This document shows, piece after piece, positions 29,170 through 42,810 of a DNA stretch of 64,000 nt. The translations under genes and the position numbers were made by a program. Where the stretch lies: assembly GCF_009914755.1 (NCBI RefSeq), contig NC_060927.1. The stretch is one strand, 5' to 3'. How positions within the stretch are numbered: position 1 is the stretch's first letter; every line of letters starts with the position of its first letter. Below the pieces are notes generated by a model. That model was not told the origin of the DNA, did no database searches, and saw only the letters and a program-made list of their open reading frames with translations. The DNA is from the human T2T-CHM13v2.0 reference genome, Homo sapiens.

Positions 29170-30299
29170 GTTAGTGACTGGGAGGTGCGGTACGGCAGAT
29201 CTATTCACGTAATTATCTCTCTATGAGACTGTAAACACATGACATTTCTTTTCAGTCTAAAATACTGAAAGCGCATTGTTTTAGTAACAACATCATGCAG
29301 TTTTTCTGTTGGTTAGCAAGGGCTTCACCTGCTGTGAAATTCCTAGATCATAAGTGAAAGTCTAACTCAGAGCCATCAGGGCCATGAGTAGCGATTTCAT
29401 TTTTAGTTCATACAGTTAAATTAGTTATTTACTTACATGTCTGTGTATGCCTGATTCTTAAAAACTACGGTTATTTGAATGTTATTTAGTCTTGAGCGAC
29501 ATACAGTAATTGGTACATGTATTTGTTGGTGGGGAGAGAGATAAGGATCATTCTGTCCTTCCCTAACTTTGAAAAACACATAATATCAAAATTTATTTCT
29601 ATACTTTCAGGGTAAATAAATAGTTATGCATTTTAAGCCAGTAGGAGAAGGTTTATTTTCAAGCTTGTGTTAAGACATTTGGTAATAATTATTGGAGAAG
29701 TGGATAAATACTTTTTTCCAGATGATAATTTTATGGCAGAAAATTTCTCTCAGTGGCTACTGCTATCTTGAATATTTTATATTTTAGTGCTCAAAATTCA
29801 CGATTTTGGTACATCATAGCGTGCAACATAGTAATCATCACAAATCACCAATTGTTTAAGAGTGGGCACTTTAATTGCTCATTAATTCCCTAATTAATTG
29901 ACACAAGCCAATGTTAATGTTATTTAAAGATTAGTATCAGTCCTAGGGGTTTATTTGGGCTTGCCCTGGGGAATTAATTAGGCAGATAGCTCAAATTATG
30001 TTTTCTCTCGAACTTTCTCAGGCACCAGTTAGGCTGCTGACTGACACTTTGTTCTCTCATCCAGTGTACGTCGGGCAGGGGAAGAATCTAACTAACACAC
30101 AGAGTACCCCACTTCAGAGCCACCATACTCTTCTCACACCACCAACAGTTCCTTGTCATCCACTTCATGAAGTCAAATCTCTACTCTGTGGATTTCAAGG
30201 CCTGATCTGTCTTGGTCTATGACTCTCAAATACATCCTTCTCTCTTGTGTCTGATCTGGGTCGTCTATTCCACACAGCTTAATTTACACAACTATGTAA

Positions 30300-30685
<386 letters not shown>

Positions 30686-30789
30686 CTACATCCCTTTCAC
30701 TCATTGTGAATTTCATTCTTATCCTTCTCTAAAGATACTTTGCTCTAGCCAGATCCCAATCCACATCAGCTGCCCCACTCTGGCCACTC

Positions 30790-31220
30790 CCAGGGCTTCA
30801 GCCTCATCTCCTGTCACTTCCTGCCACATTCTTTCCTTTCTTCCAGGTTCACAGAACTATTTGCAGTTCCCAAAATATACCTTGCGCTTTGATGTCTATG
30901 TGTTTTGCTTATACCCTTTTTGAAACTCAAAAGTAAAGTTTATTGATTTTCCAAAGTTAATTTAGGCATTTATTCTCTATTTTTCCTTAACTTTTGATGC
31001 CTTAATTTTAACCTTTATAGCATTTTATAATAAATACTAGTATCTAGCATCTCAGACTCCTAGAAAATTGCCTGATGCATAGACAGCATTCAGTAAATGT
31101 AGAGAGAATTAAATCAGACATAATCCCTATTAGATTTTGAGTTCCTAAGAGGAGGAGCTAAGTCTTATTCATTTTTGGATCTTTGGTATACAGCACAGTT
31201 CTTGGTCCAGAGCTGGTATA
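30790..31220 (+). mobile_element. L2 fragments
   Basis: cagcctcatctcctgtcact...gcagttcccaaaa; tgcctgatgcatagacagcattcagtaaatgt; ctattagattttgagttcct...gtcttattcattttt. Confidence 0.6.
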
Positions 31221-32754
31221 AGATGAGTGGATAATCAGGAAAAAGGAAGGGATTATTGGAAGGACGGAAGGAAAGTCTTTCATTTTTGGTACACTTCAAT
31301 AAATATCTGTCATTTCTAAATTCTGTAGCTTTTAGAGATTCGGTCCATGCTTGTTTGCTTTCTGACTGAGTATGTTGACAACAAATTATTTAATAGGAAA
31401 ATAGGCACATCTGCCAAAAGAATGGAAGGCTGGATATCTCAGGCATTGCTAAAGATTTCTAGGGTAGATGTAGTTGTTGAAAATAAAGACATAAATAAAG
31501 TTGTCCTATTTGTCACTGGCTCCTCACATTGTTTTTGTTTACAGTAGATTGACCGTAAAAATAAACTAACACCTTTCAGAGCTATGCACTACCTTATTTG
31601 CTAAAATTATCTCAGAGAATTGAGAAGATTTGTTTTGAATATATACATTCCCAAACTCTTCACATAACTACCAACATCTTCATTTCACATCATACAGTAC
31701 CATGCAAAAAAAAGCAAATTCTTTTGATTCTTGATGTGAAGTGCTTTCAAATACATTTCCTCAATCTAAAAATTACTCTAGAATCAAAAACAAAGAAAAC
31801 AACTGCTTAAAGAAAAGGAAGTGCTGCAAAAATGAGAAATATGTTTTATTATATCTTGATTACAATAATTAGCAGGATTCAAATAGTGGTTTTGCTTTTG
31901 TGTCTTCTTACGTTTGTGTAAGTCAACCCTCCCCACTTCTTTCTCTCTCTCTCCTTTCTCTCTTCTAATTCTATTTATTGCAAAAGTATAAAATATGAGG
32001 TGTACATAATGCATTAGTAGCCACATGATGAACTATTTGGAACTCTGATTTCATACTTTCTTGGCCTTTTAAACATCAGTGACTTTTTTTTCCTTTAAAA
32101 ATAACTGAAAGACACAATCCCACACACAGTGGGTTTTGTTATGAAGAATAGATCTACCTCCAAGGTCTTAATATTATAGTTTTATCTCTTTTCTCACCTT
32201 CTCATCTCCCTCTCTTACTCTTTGCCATCTCTTGAATCCACTCTCTGCCCTACTTCTGAGCCAGACTCTATCAAACCCCGACAATCCTCAGAAACTCATC
32301 GGTTCTTCTCCAGCTTTGCTTTCCTATGAACACATTCTTGTGCCAAGCATGGATTGGTCTTTTCAATATTGTTTGCTGTGTAGCCAAAGTGCAGAGTAAC
32401 AGTTTTTGCAAGTGTATTCTACAGGAAAAATAATGATCAAAATATTAATAGGTGTTTTCAGAGGAAAAATAAGTTCTGTATATGTTTTAGCTAAATAGTA
32501 TTATTTTTGTCATATTCCCAAATTGGAAGTCCCAGTACATATTAGCCTATTACAATTCTAAGTTATTTGCAGTAAAGAATATAGATGAAGCTGGTCTCAT
32601 TTCTATTTTCCAAGTTTTTGGGGGCCATAGTGATTTTTTTTTAACCTGACAACACCTCAGGAAATTTATGGTTTACAGAGCACAACATTGTAAATTATGG
32701 CAAAGTAAAAAAGAAAACACTGAATTTCAACTTGGAAAATCAGAATGCTGTTGC

Positions 32755-33002
32755 TAATAGTATTAGTAGCAAATATATTAAGTATGTCAAATATGTCAAA
32801 TGCTGTTGTAAGTGATTTACATATATTAGTACATTTAATCTCACATAAAGCAAATTAAGTAATATCATTAGCTCCATTCTACAGATATAAAGACCGAGAC
32901 TCAGGTAAATTAAGGTACTCACCCAAATTTACATAGCAGAACTGAAATTCAAACTTATGCAATTAGTCTCCAGTCTAAGATTTTAACTGCACTGTTATTC
33001 TG
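32755..33002 (-). mobile_element. MIR
   Basis: catttaatctcac...ccattctacagat...gagactcaggtaaattaag..actcacccaa. Confidence 0.75.
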
Positions 33003-33004
33003 TC

Positions 33005-33182
33005 GCTGTTACCTACTAATTGGGTAACCTGTGGCAAGCTATTTTACCTCTCTAAGTCAAGCTGTTTATTGATCAGACAGATTAATGTTATCTGATGTGG
33101 CTGTCATAAGGAATCAGTATTTAACAGAGTCAAATGCAGTGCCTGAAATATGCAGTTGGTACTCATAATACTTATTTATTAA
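33005..33182 (+). mobile_element. MIR (head-to-head with the previous copy)
   Basis: ctactaattgggtaacctgtggcaagctattttacctctctaagtc...cagtgcctgaaata. Confidence 0.6.
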
Positions 33183-33699
33183 ATGAGACTCAAGAACTCT
33201 AGATTTGGTTATCCTCCTAGCTGTGTACACACAGCTATTTGTTACCTATCGTTATTAGAGGAACAGGCATAAAGCTGTGCTGAGCTGCTTGACGGAAAAT
33301 TCCCACTCTAGAACTTCAACTGGATCTTTAGAACTAATCATTAATCTTGGATTTACCCAGGTTGATTGCCCATTGCAACTCATACCACAGGCATTTCACG
33401 TACTGTATGCATTCCTCAAACCAGGGCAGGGGGATCAGGAAATGATTTAAACCCGTCAACTGAGGAGCCCCAGGAGGACCATGCACTGGCTGCCCTGACA
33501 TTTTACCAAATGTGGCTGTCCTGTCATGATCTTTTCTTAAGAATCCCTACGTAATTCCAAAGCTAATATTAAAATATACGTAAATACCTCTATCTTCACT
33601 CTGTATCCCTTCACTTCTAGGCTCTGGCTCCATCAACCATTCCATCATCCTTTTGAGTTTCCCTGTTCCTTTCCTCTCTCTCTCCCTCCCTCTTTTTCC

Positions 33700-34360
33700 C
33701 TTTCACACACACAGAACACTCTGCTCCCAAACTACATCTGTGCTACAACTATGCTGCCCACCTATGCCAATGTACACAGCAAAGTACGAATTTGTCTTTA
33801 CTCTATCAGATGATTCCTGCTTCTTCTATATTTTTTCCCCTTAAAACCAAACTTTTTCAAATAATCTACTTATCATATTTATTTCTCCACCAAACACTGT
33901 CTTCAACCTCTGCAACTCAGCTACATTCTCATGATCTCTAAAAACCATGTTTCTCAAAGACAACAGCATCTTCCAACTAGATGAATGCAATGGACTTTGC
34001 TCAGTCTTGATTCTCTTTGGCCCCTCAGAAACTTTGTTATGCCCATATCCTGCTGGAACCTCTCTTCTTAATCAGATTTCAGTCACTACAGTGATCGTCT
34101 TTCCATCATTTCAGCCATTTTGCATTTATCTCTCTCACTGGCTTTCCCTCTATTTTGTATTTTAAACATGGAGTGACCCCTGTGGCTCTGACCTCCACCT
34201 TCTGCTCTTTCCATATTACTCTTTCACTAGGACATTATGTACTCTATGGCTCTAACAACCATTTTATGCAAACGGTGTGAGAAGCTACTAAATTGTAACT
34301 GTGAGGAAAGGGATTATGTCATTCATCTTTCTAATTTCCAAGCTGTTTAGCATACCACCT
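33700..34360 (+). mobile_element. L2 fragments
   Basis: caatggactttgctcagtcttgattctc; taaacatggagtgaccc; 3' end ctactaaattgtaact..gaggaaagggattatgtc. Confidence 0.6.
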
Positions 34361-35104
34361 TACATATAACAAGTGTGTGTGTGTACATATACATACACAG
34401 AAATAAAAGAACAAATTTTTATCAAAATATTACCTTCAGGCATGGAACATTTATTAACTGAAAATGCTGAAGCAAATGCCAGGAAATTTATGTTCTACTT
34501 AAGGACTGTTTGGTTGGTTCATGTTGTTCTCTTTGGGAAAATATTTGTGACAAAACTTTATAAGATTAAAAATAATTGTCCTTCATTTTGTTTCCTCTCC
34601 ACATGCCCTTGCATCTTTCAACTTTTTAAAATAACTCCAGGTTGTTAATTCCATCTATGTAATTGTGGGTGCAATCTAAATGAAACTAAACTCTACCCAA
34701 AATGAGATAGTTAGGGTTATCAATGTTGGAGATGCAAAGAAGAGGAATACAAATCTGTGGTATCATAGAATGGAAAATAAGCTTTAAAAGTCATCCACAT
34801 GAAAAACATGAGGTCCTCCACACCATGGAATAAAATATGTACACTTTTGCTATTATTGTGAGAGAACAGGAAGTAGCAGTAGTTACAAAAGGAAAGTGGG
34901 TCAGAGGAGGGGTCAATTTCATTTTCTTTCTCTCATGTTCCAAGCCTAGAGTATCTTACTTTGGAATATAGCGACATCTGGATTTGCTCCACTTCTATCC
35001 AATCAGTAACTAAGTGGCACTCATTGCAACACTCTCATTTAAAGGACCTGACTGTGCATTTCCCAACACATTCGTAAAGTAAAAAGAAATTCAAAAAGTT
35101 CCTC

Positions 35105-35434
<330 letters not shown>

Positions 35435-36529
35435 TAATAGAGTGCTCGGGCACAGCTACCATCATTTAGCACTTAAGCAACTATTAGTACTAGGGTGGGA
35501 TGCACTAATATTTAGCACAGTAAAGAATTAAAACAAAAACCTAGAACTTCAGGCTGCATGTTAATAAGTAGACTATCTTTATGTAGAATTGCTTGAAAGT
35601 TCAGCAAGAAATTTCCTAATGTCCCAGAAAAAGTGCCTCATTCACATACTCATTGATTTGCCTCATTGTCAGTTAGTTTCAGAGAAAAAATAGGCATCCA
35701 CTAAATATTTAGTTTCTGTCTTTCCTCCCTTCCCCAGAACATGAGATAAGAGTGCTTCACAAGGAGGCCATTTTTGTACACCAGCATGGAATTCCTCATA
35801 TTGACCCTATGGCTGATCATACGGCTTTATAAATGGGCTCATAACTTGTCATTGCCTTGCCTCATAATTATTTCTAGAACTTTGTAGAGTCAGTACCATT
35901 AGCCTCCCTTGAAGAAAAAGGAAAGTTTTAGGAAAGTTAAACAACTTGCCTAAAGTCACATGGCTGATTCATTTGCAAGGGATAATCATGTTTATACCAA
36001 ATATTCCATTTTGGGCTTCTTCCCCAAATCCTGGAATTGTTCTAGGTTTCCAAAGTGGCAAGATCCAAGATACCCTGGGCAAGCCTGAATATATATGCAA
36101 ACAGCCTCACACGTACTGTCACACTCAGTGCAGAAACTCTTATGGTAGTAATAGCAGACACCAATATAATGTATCAAAATGTTCACCTTAGAAAATATTT
36201 GTCAGTGTTTTTTCACTTATGCGCAAATGAATTAAACTTAGTAGCTATGATTTATAAGAAAAGAACAAGATTGCATGCCCATAAAGAAAAGGAAATATAC
36301 AGGAGAGTGTCTTACAACTTACCAAGATACAGGTATAATCAATGTATTAGAAAAATTCAAATGATATACCCTTGTCTTCAATACACACTGGTAGGCACCT
36401 CCAACTGGTACCTGTTCTATCCTCTAAGCTCAGGGCAGTTGGAGAACTATCACTAATGGAAGTGTGGGTGCATGAGAAGTAAGTAAGACAACAGCTCCAG
36501 TAGAGTTTGAAGTTATCTGAGTTTTCTGA

Positions 36530-36950
36530 TTAAACAAGTATTTGGTGAGGGCCTACTACATGCTATACATTATGCTAATTATTGGTGACAAATGCCAGTG
36601 AATAAAGGCCAAGGAACACAACCAATCAAAGACAGAAGCATATTAAAAATCAATATATAAATTTGATAGAGTTGTTATGAGAGTTGTGTATACAGAAATA
36701 AGAGGGAATGCACAGGGATGAGTGAGGGAAAGATACCACTTGGAGTTGGAAGACCTGGAAGTGTAATCCTAGAGGAAATGACTGGTGGAGAGAAAAGAAG
36801 AAGTAAATGAAATAAAGATAAGGGAAATTGTAGGAAGAGCAAAAGGAGTATTTGGCTAGGAGAAGAGGCAGGTGGTAGTGTTTGGCTAGTGAAGAGAAGG
36901 GAGAAAAGAAAGCAAGTGCTTACGTGTCAGAGGCCTTGAAGCTCCTTTGC
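36530..36950 (-). mobile_element. L2 fragment
   Basis: aacaagtatttggtgagggcctactacatgc followed by a purine-rich antisense L2-like body. Confidence 0.5.
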
Positions 36951-38799
36951 AAATGATCACATGTCCCCATGTGTCAAATGTGTCACACTCAGATAGCATT
37001 GCCTGTCCTCAAAAGACCACTGATGCACTCTGAATAAATTCATGTAATTCCCAGAAATCTGTCTCTTTGTCAAGATATTTGGTCAAGCTGTGACTAAAAA
37101 CATTAAGTAATGGAAAAAAGAAGAGTGGTTTAGCCAGCATTGCAAGGGAGTCTATTCAAAAGGTTTATTATCTTATGAGCAGAGAAGGGTAAAAAAAAAA
37201 TGAAAAAAGACATCCAAACTTCTGCTAAATTTGCACTCTTAATCCTTTAAACTCCATTTCACTTATATCTATATGTGGTAGAAAAGAGGTACTGAGAGGA
37301 CAGGGTGGCAAGACCTTTTATTTGAACATTTGCTAAATCCTCAATTATATTTCACTTCTAATCCTGTGTCATTATGAGCAAAATGGCACATTTGGAGACC
37401 ATTTAGATATGAATGCCTGAAGCCTTCCTATCAGACCTGCTGACTCTTTCTTTCTTTCTCACTCTCTTTTAGTCACTACAGCCAATTATGTTGAGATATG
37501 ATTTTTGGCCAGGCAATCTAGCTCTGGCATCAGGGGTCCCACAATAGCCTGGTTGGAGACCTTCATGGCCTCTAATATTATTATTTTTTGGGCAGGGTCA
37601 TTGTGACAATCATAACTGGGAACAAATATCCTTATTCAGCAAAAAGAGAAAAACAAAACAGAGCAAAACAAAACAAATCCCTATGATCTAACATTTAGAT
37701 AAGCCTACAAATGTAACACAAATCCAAAAAGAGGAAGCTTACGTAATTAAAAGTTAAAGTTAATTCTTGAAATTGGTGAGGATAATTAAAGAATGAAAGA
37801 GGCCAACTGTTTGAAATTACTGAGTCAGATCTAATCTTTCACTGGGCTCCATATACACATTGCATTATGTATAGTTTAATGTGCAAGTCAGTGATACCGT
37901 TCACAATTTTTACTGTGGCTCAGCTTACAATGTGCCATTTGGACCTAGGTTATCTTTCATCTGTATTTTTAAGTGGAACCTGTAACTAACAATGAGCCAA
38001 GTGTCCTACATTCCTTGTTCTAAGTTTGAGTTTCTCTTGGGCCTATGCTTCTTTCTTCAGCTTCAGGGATAGAATTCAGTGTAATGAGAAACGCTTTGTC
38101 TACTTTCAAAGTCTGAGAGTCCTTAGAAACTAACTTACGCTGGCAATTCACAGAGAGCTAATTTTCAATACATATATTTGTGCCCAATACCAGAAGTCAC
38201 AATTAAATGGTATCTCTCCATATTCTGTCCCCATCCTCAACACACACAGACATTTGCAGCAGAGGTTGTTTAGTTGAATGACAGAAGCAGTCCATTTGTA
38301 TCTATCTGTCTAGTGGTATAATTCATTTTCCGCTCATACTCTAACTAACCCCAACCTAACTTAAGAAAAAAAAAAAAGAAAGAAAGAAAAGAAAGCAGAG
38401 CCTAGATGCTGTTGGCTAGAATCCAGAATCCTCGGATTAGAAAAAAGGGTGAACCGGGGCACAGTACAGCCTAATAAGGCTGGCAGCCAACATTATGCAA
38501 AGCTCACTGGAAGGAAGCAAAGCCTCCTTGGCAAAACAGTGATAAAGAATTAGAATTTTCTGAAAATAGTAATAAGAACTCAATACAAAGACCTGACCAA
38601 TTCTAGCACACATGGAAGGGGTCAAGAAGAAGGTGTTCCATACTAAGGATATGCAAAACCTAAATAATAGAAGGAACCAAGAATGGACCAGAGGGGCAAT
38701 TAATCTCTTGCTCATTTCTGTTTACGAGTTTTAAGCACTGTGTATAACTAGCTGTATATATAAGCTATCTATGTGATAAACTGTGTGCACTTCTCATTA

Positions 38800-39166
<367 letters not shown>

Positions 39167-39644
39167 AAAGTATACTTTCAGGTGCTGTTATGGGCAGATA
39201 CTTAGGCTGGGTGGAACTTTGTCAATAGCAGTAAAGATTCTAGTGCCCAGAGCAGCAAAACCAGGGCTGTAATGCCTTCTACACAACAGATAAAGCCCTA
39301 ACAATTCCTGGCTGGGTTGGTGTGTATGTGCTTCTACAAATATATGTTAAATTGCCAGTAGAAAGGAAAGGTGTAAAGTTGAAAAGAATGTCATATAATA
39401 TTTTCTGTGAACTTCACTAAGAAAATTGGCTTTATTGCCAAGAAAACACACCTTATTATTGATCGATTAGAAAACACCTCTTCAAAATCTAAAGCTGATA
39501 TTACCCTTAGGTGGATAAAAAGTTTAGGACAACATTATTATTTTAAAAAAATTGTTGTCTAGTATGAAAATAGTTATGCCCAAGAAAATTAGATGGAAAT
39601 ATAAAGCTGTAAGACCAAGTGCTAAATTACGGGCTCACAATCTA

Positions 39645-39935
39645 TCTAAAAATATTTATTGATTCCTTATTCTATGCAAGGGACAGGGCAATCCTCATGT
39701 AACACAGGCTTTATACTCTAAGAAAGCTGGCAATATTAGTGAGGAGATATGAGACACATCCAAACATAAATGAATTGAAGAAGGAAAGAGATTGGGAGGA
39801 GGAAAAAAGGTAAATTTAGTGTGGTGCCAGTGAGAGCCATCGAAGGCTTTTGAGCAAGATAAGGATATAATGAAATGCCTTTAGTTAGATTAATATGGAA
39901 AGCCACTTAAGAGAGAATCACTACTCTAGTCAAGG
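39645..39935 (-). mobile_element. L2 fragment
   Basis: aaatatttattgattccttattctatgcaagg; gagccatcgaaggcttttgagcaag. Confidence 0.55.
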
Positions 39936-40231
39936 GAGGGTTGGTTGTATAGGGACTTTTTTTTTTTTCTATCAACCAGGTAGCCACATTTGAAGTCTGC
40001 ATACTTAAAGTGGAGCCTCAGCCCAGGGCTGTTCTCACACTTTTAAGCCAAAGCCAATGCTCTTCCTCCTCTTTCTACTTCAGTCTTCCTGTGTTCTCCA
40101 TCTTAATGTTTTTCCCTTCCTGGTTGACTTCAAAACACAACAATAAAGGACTGTTTGTGTTAAACTTGAGGAAAGGAATGGCATTCCATAAGTGTCATGG
40201 CAGCCCATAAAATACAGATTCTCTACCTTGG

Positions 40232-40350
40232 ATTAAGATCTGTGGAATCCTTAGAGGTAGAGACGGTGGCTCTATCTTCTTGTTGTTCTTTAATCTTCAG
40301 ATTCCAGAACAGAGTTCGGAACATGGTAGGGCTAGAATATATTTGTGACA
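40232..40350 (+). mobile_element. L2 3' end
   Basis: agatctgtggaatccttagaggtagagac...agaacagagttcggaacatggtagg. Confidence 0.55.
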
Positions 40351-40529
40351 GTCAACTAGATTCATCATATATTTGGAAAACCAAAAAGAAATATGTTGGC
40401 ATGGAATAATTGGTAACTGATGGGCCCATGCTGACCTCACCTGTTTTTATAAAAACTTATTTCATTTTTATCAGAAAATTTTACAATTTTTGAACTAAGA
40501 AGAGCCTCAGAAACTTTCAGGTTATTTGT

Positions 40530-40665
40530 TAAATTTAATTCTCAAAATCTACCTGTAGAAGAAATAGTATCTTTATTTTCCATATGGAGAAACTGAGACT
40601 ACGGAAGGTTATGCAACTCCCTTAAGGCAAGCTAGTAAATGATAGAACTAGGCTGGAACTCAGCA
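40530..40665 (-). mobile_element. MIR fragment
   Basis: ttttccatatggagaaactgagact...gctagtaaatgatagaactaggctggaactcag. Confidence 0.7.
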
Positions 40666-42552
40666 ATCCTTTTGGTAAGTTTTTTTTTATTATTATATGT
40701 CATGATATTTTTATATGATGTGTGGGACATTATATAATTAAGGCTGTTTGAGACTTTCTATAATTTGGGAGACTCTGAAATAATGTAAAAGATACAAAAT
40801 TGTCTTAGCTGGATATGTAAGCATTTTTTAAATAATGTGATATGGGTCTGGTTCTAGGGTTATAGTTTATATCAGCAAAAGTATAGATAAAATTTCCATG
40901 AAACCTCTATCCGTCCATCTTGGTAATGCCTTCTAGGAAATTTTTAGGTTATCTATGGAAATATCCTATGTCCACAAGTTCTTTCTTTTTTAATATGCTT
41001 TGCCAATTTTCTATACATCCTCCTTCATGATTGCATCTCCTTTGAAAAATTACTCCTATTAAACTAAATTTCTCTGTCACTGCAAGAGACATAAAATTAA
41101 AAACTATCTGTCTTTAATCCTGCCAGGCTTCTTCCTTGTCTCCTGGGCTCCATTAATCAATAATTAATATATAAAGAAGACTGAAATCCATTTCAATTTC
41201 AAAGGCCCAAACGTTTCGCTGATTAATAAAAAATTGTGCTCACAAAGATGGACGGATATGCCATGGTGAAATGATGGAGGACACAGCATTACCAGGGAAT
41301 AGATTTGCAGGACCACATGTGCTGTGTGGCCTACCTGTACAAGAAATAAGCCATGTGGAGGAACAATTCTGCAGAATACCTCCCACCAAGCCTGACATCT
41401 CTGCATGTAAGAATTCTTATCCACAATTATCATCTTAGTCTATTTGATTTACCATTCTACCCAGAGTCTTATAAGTGGAATAAAAGGGTTAACTCATACT
41501 CTAAGAATCTACTCCCTGGGCTTACAAATATATCTAGTTTACTGAACAATTAATATTCTTGTTATTATATACACAGAACTGTAGATACTATACATTATGG
41601 GTTGGTGAAAACCATAGATATGAGGCTTGAGAGAATAATATCTGGTTTCTACTAACTTTCTGATCTACCCAGTTTATGCCGTTGCCAGCTCTCTTAACAT
41701 TCTGGTGCCGTTTGCTGTCAGCATTGGCTTCTCTATTTAAGGAGTTTTAGCACTAATTGCTGGGAATTCAGTCACTCTTCAAGCATCCCAGTTCTACACA
41801 AGTGGGACCTTTCCATCTGTGCAAGGCCTAAGGTCTATCCTTGCACAGAACCATTAATACAGAAGGCTCACTCTCCTATTCTTACGTCCTACAATACCTA
41901 CTGCAGTTTATTCCCAAGAACTGACTAGAGTTCTAGTCTCTCTGTTTTGAGAGATTCACTTTTGGTCTCTCCGTGATGTGTAGCAATGAGAAGAATTCTT
42001 TTAGCCAGTATCTTTGATAGTATAAAGCAGTTTCAAGTAAAGAAATCTACCAGGGAACTAAAGAGCATACAGGTAAAAATGGATAGATATAGAACTCCTT
42101 CTTCAGAAAAGTCCTAAAAGTGAGTGAACTCTTAACACTCCTCATACAAATTCTTAGAGGAAGAGTGTTTCACCTACCTCACTGGTTTTACCTCATAAGG
42201 CCTTTCTCTCATCTGGCTGCCATTGTTGAGTTTAATTCCACATGGAGTGCTCAAAATCCCAGTGTACTCGTGCATAGATTTTTCTTCCTATTTAATTAAT
42301 CCGAGGTTCTTTCCTTTATTGTTTCTACCATAGCTAGAATTCAAATCTATTGCCTACCTTGTATATAAGTAGAGAATTGAGGAAACAAGATATTTCAGGT
42401 CAGGATTATGGAATGAGACATACATATTCACATAGGTATTTTATGCTTTTTTTGACCTAGCCTCAAACACAAAATATCGAAGATTTAGGGAACTACAAGA
42501 GCCTTCAAGGAGAAAATGATAGCACATTCCTATTGAGGCTCAACAGGATGAA

Positions 42553-42810
42553 TAATAATCATATCTAACATTTAATACAAACTTTCTTGGTACAAGCGTT
42601 TTCATAGGCATTTAATATACATTATCTCATGAAATCTATGACAGATCTATGAGCCAGTACTATTACTTTCCACTTTTTATGAATGAGGAAATCAAGTATT
42701 AGAGGAATTAAAACATTTTCCCATGGATCACTTGCTCATAAGTGGTACATCTGGGACTTGAACTCAGGCAGTAGGGCTCCAGCACACATATCCTTTACCA
42801 GTGCTCTCAA
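42553..42810 (-). mobile_element. MIR, near full length
   Basis: tttttatgaatgaggaaatcaag...ataagtggtacatctgggacttgaactcaggcag..ggctccag. Confidence 0.8.

Noticed and set aside
32400-33600. Vague recollection that this resembles intronic sequence of a large human gene (PDE4D 5' region)
   Set aside because: No exon of that gene is recognisable here, so the recollection is unsupported; BLAT of the unique sequence would settle the locus
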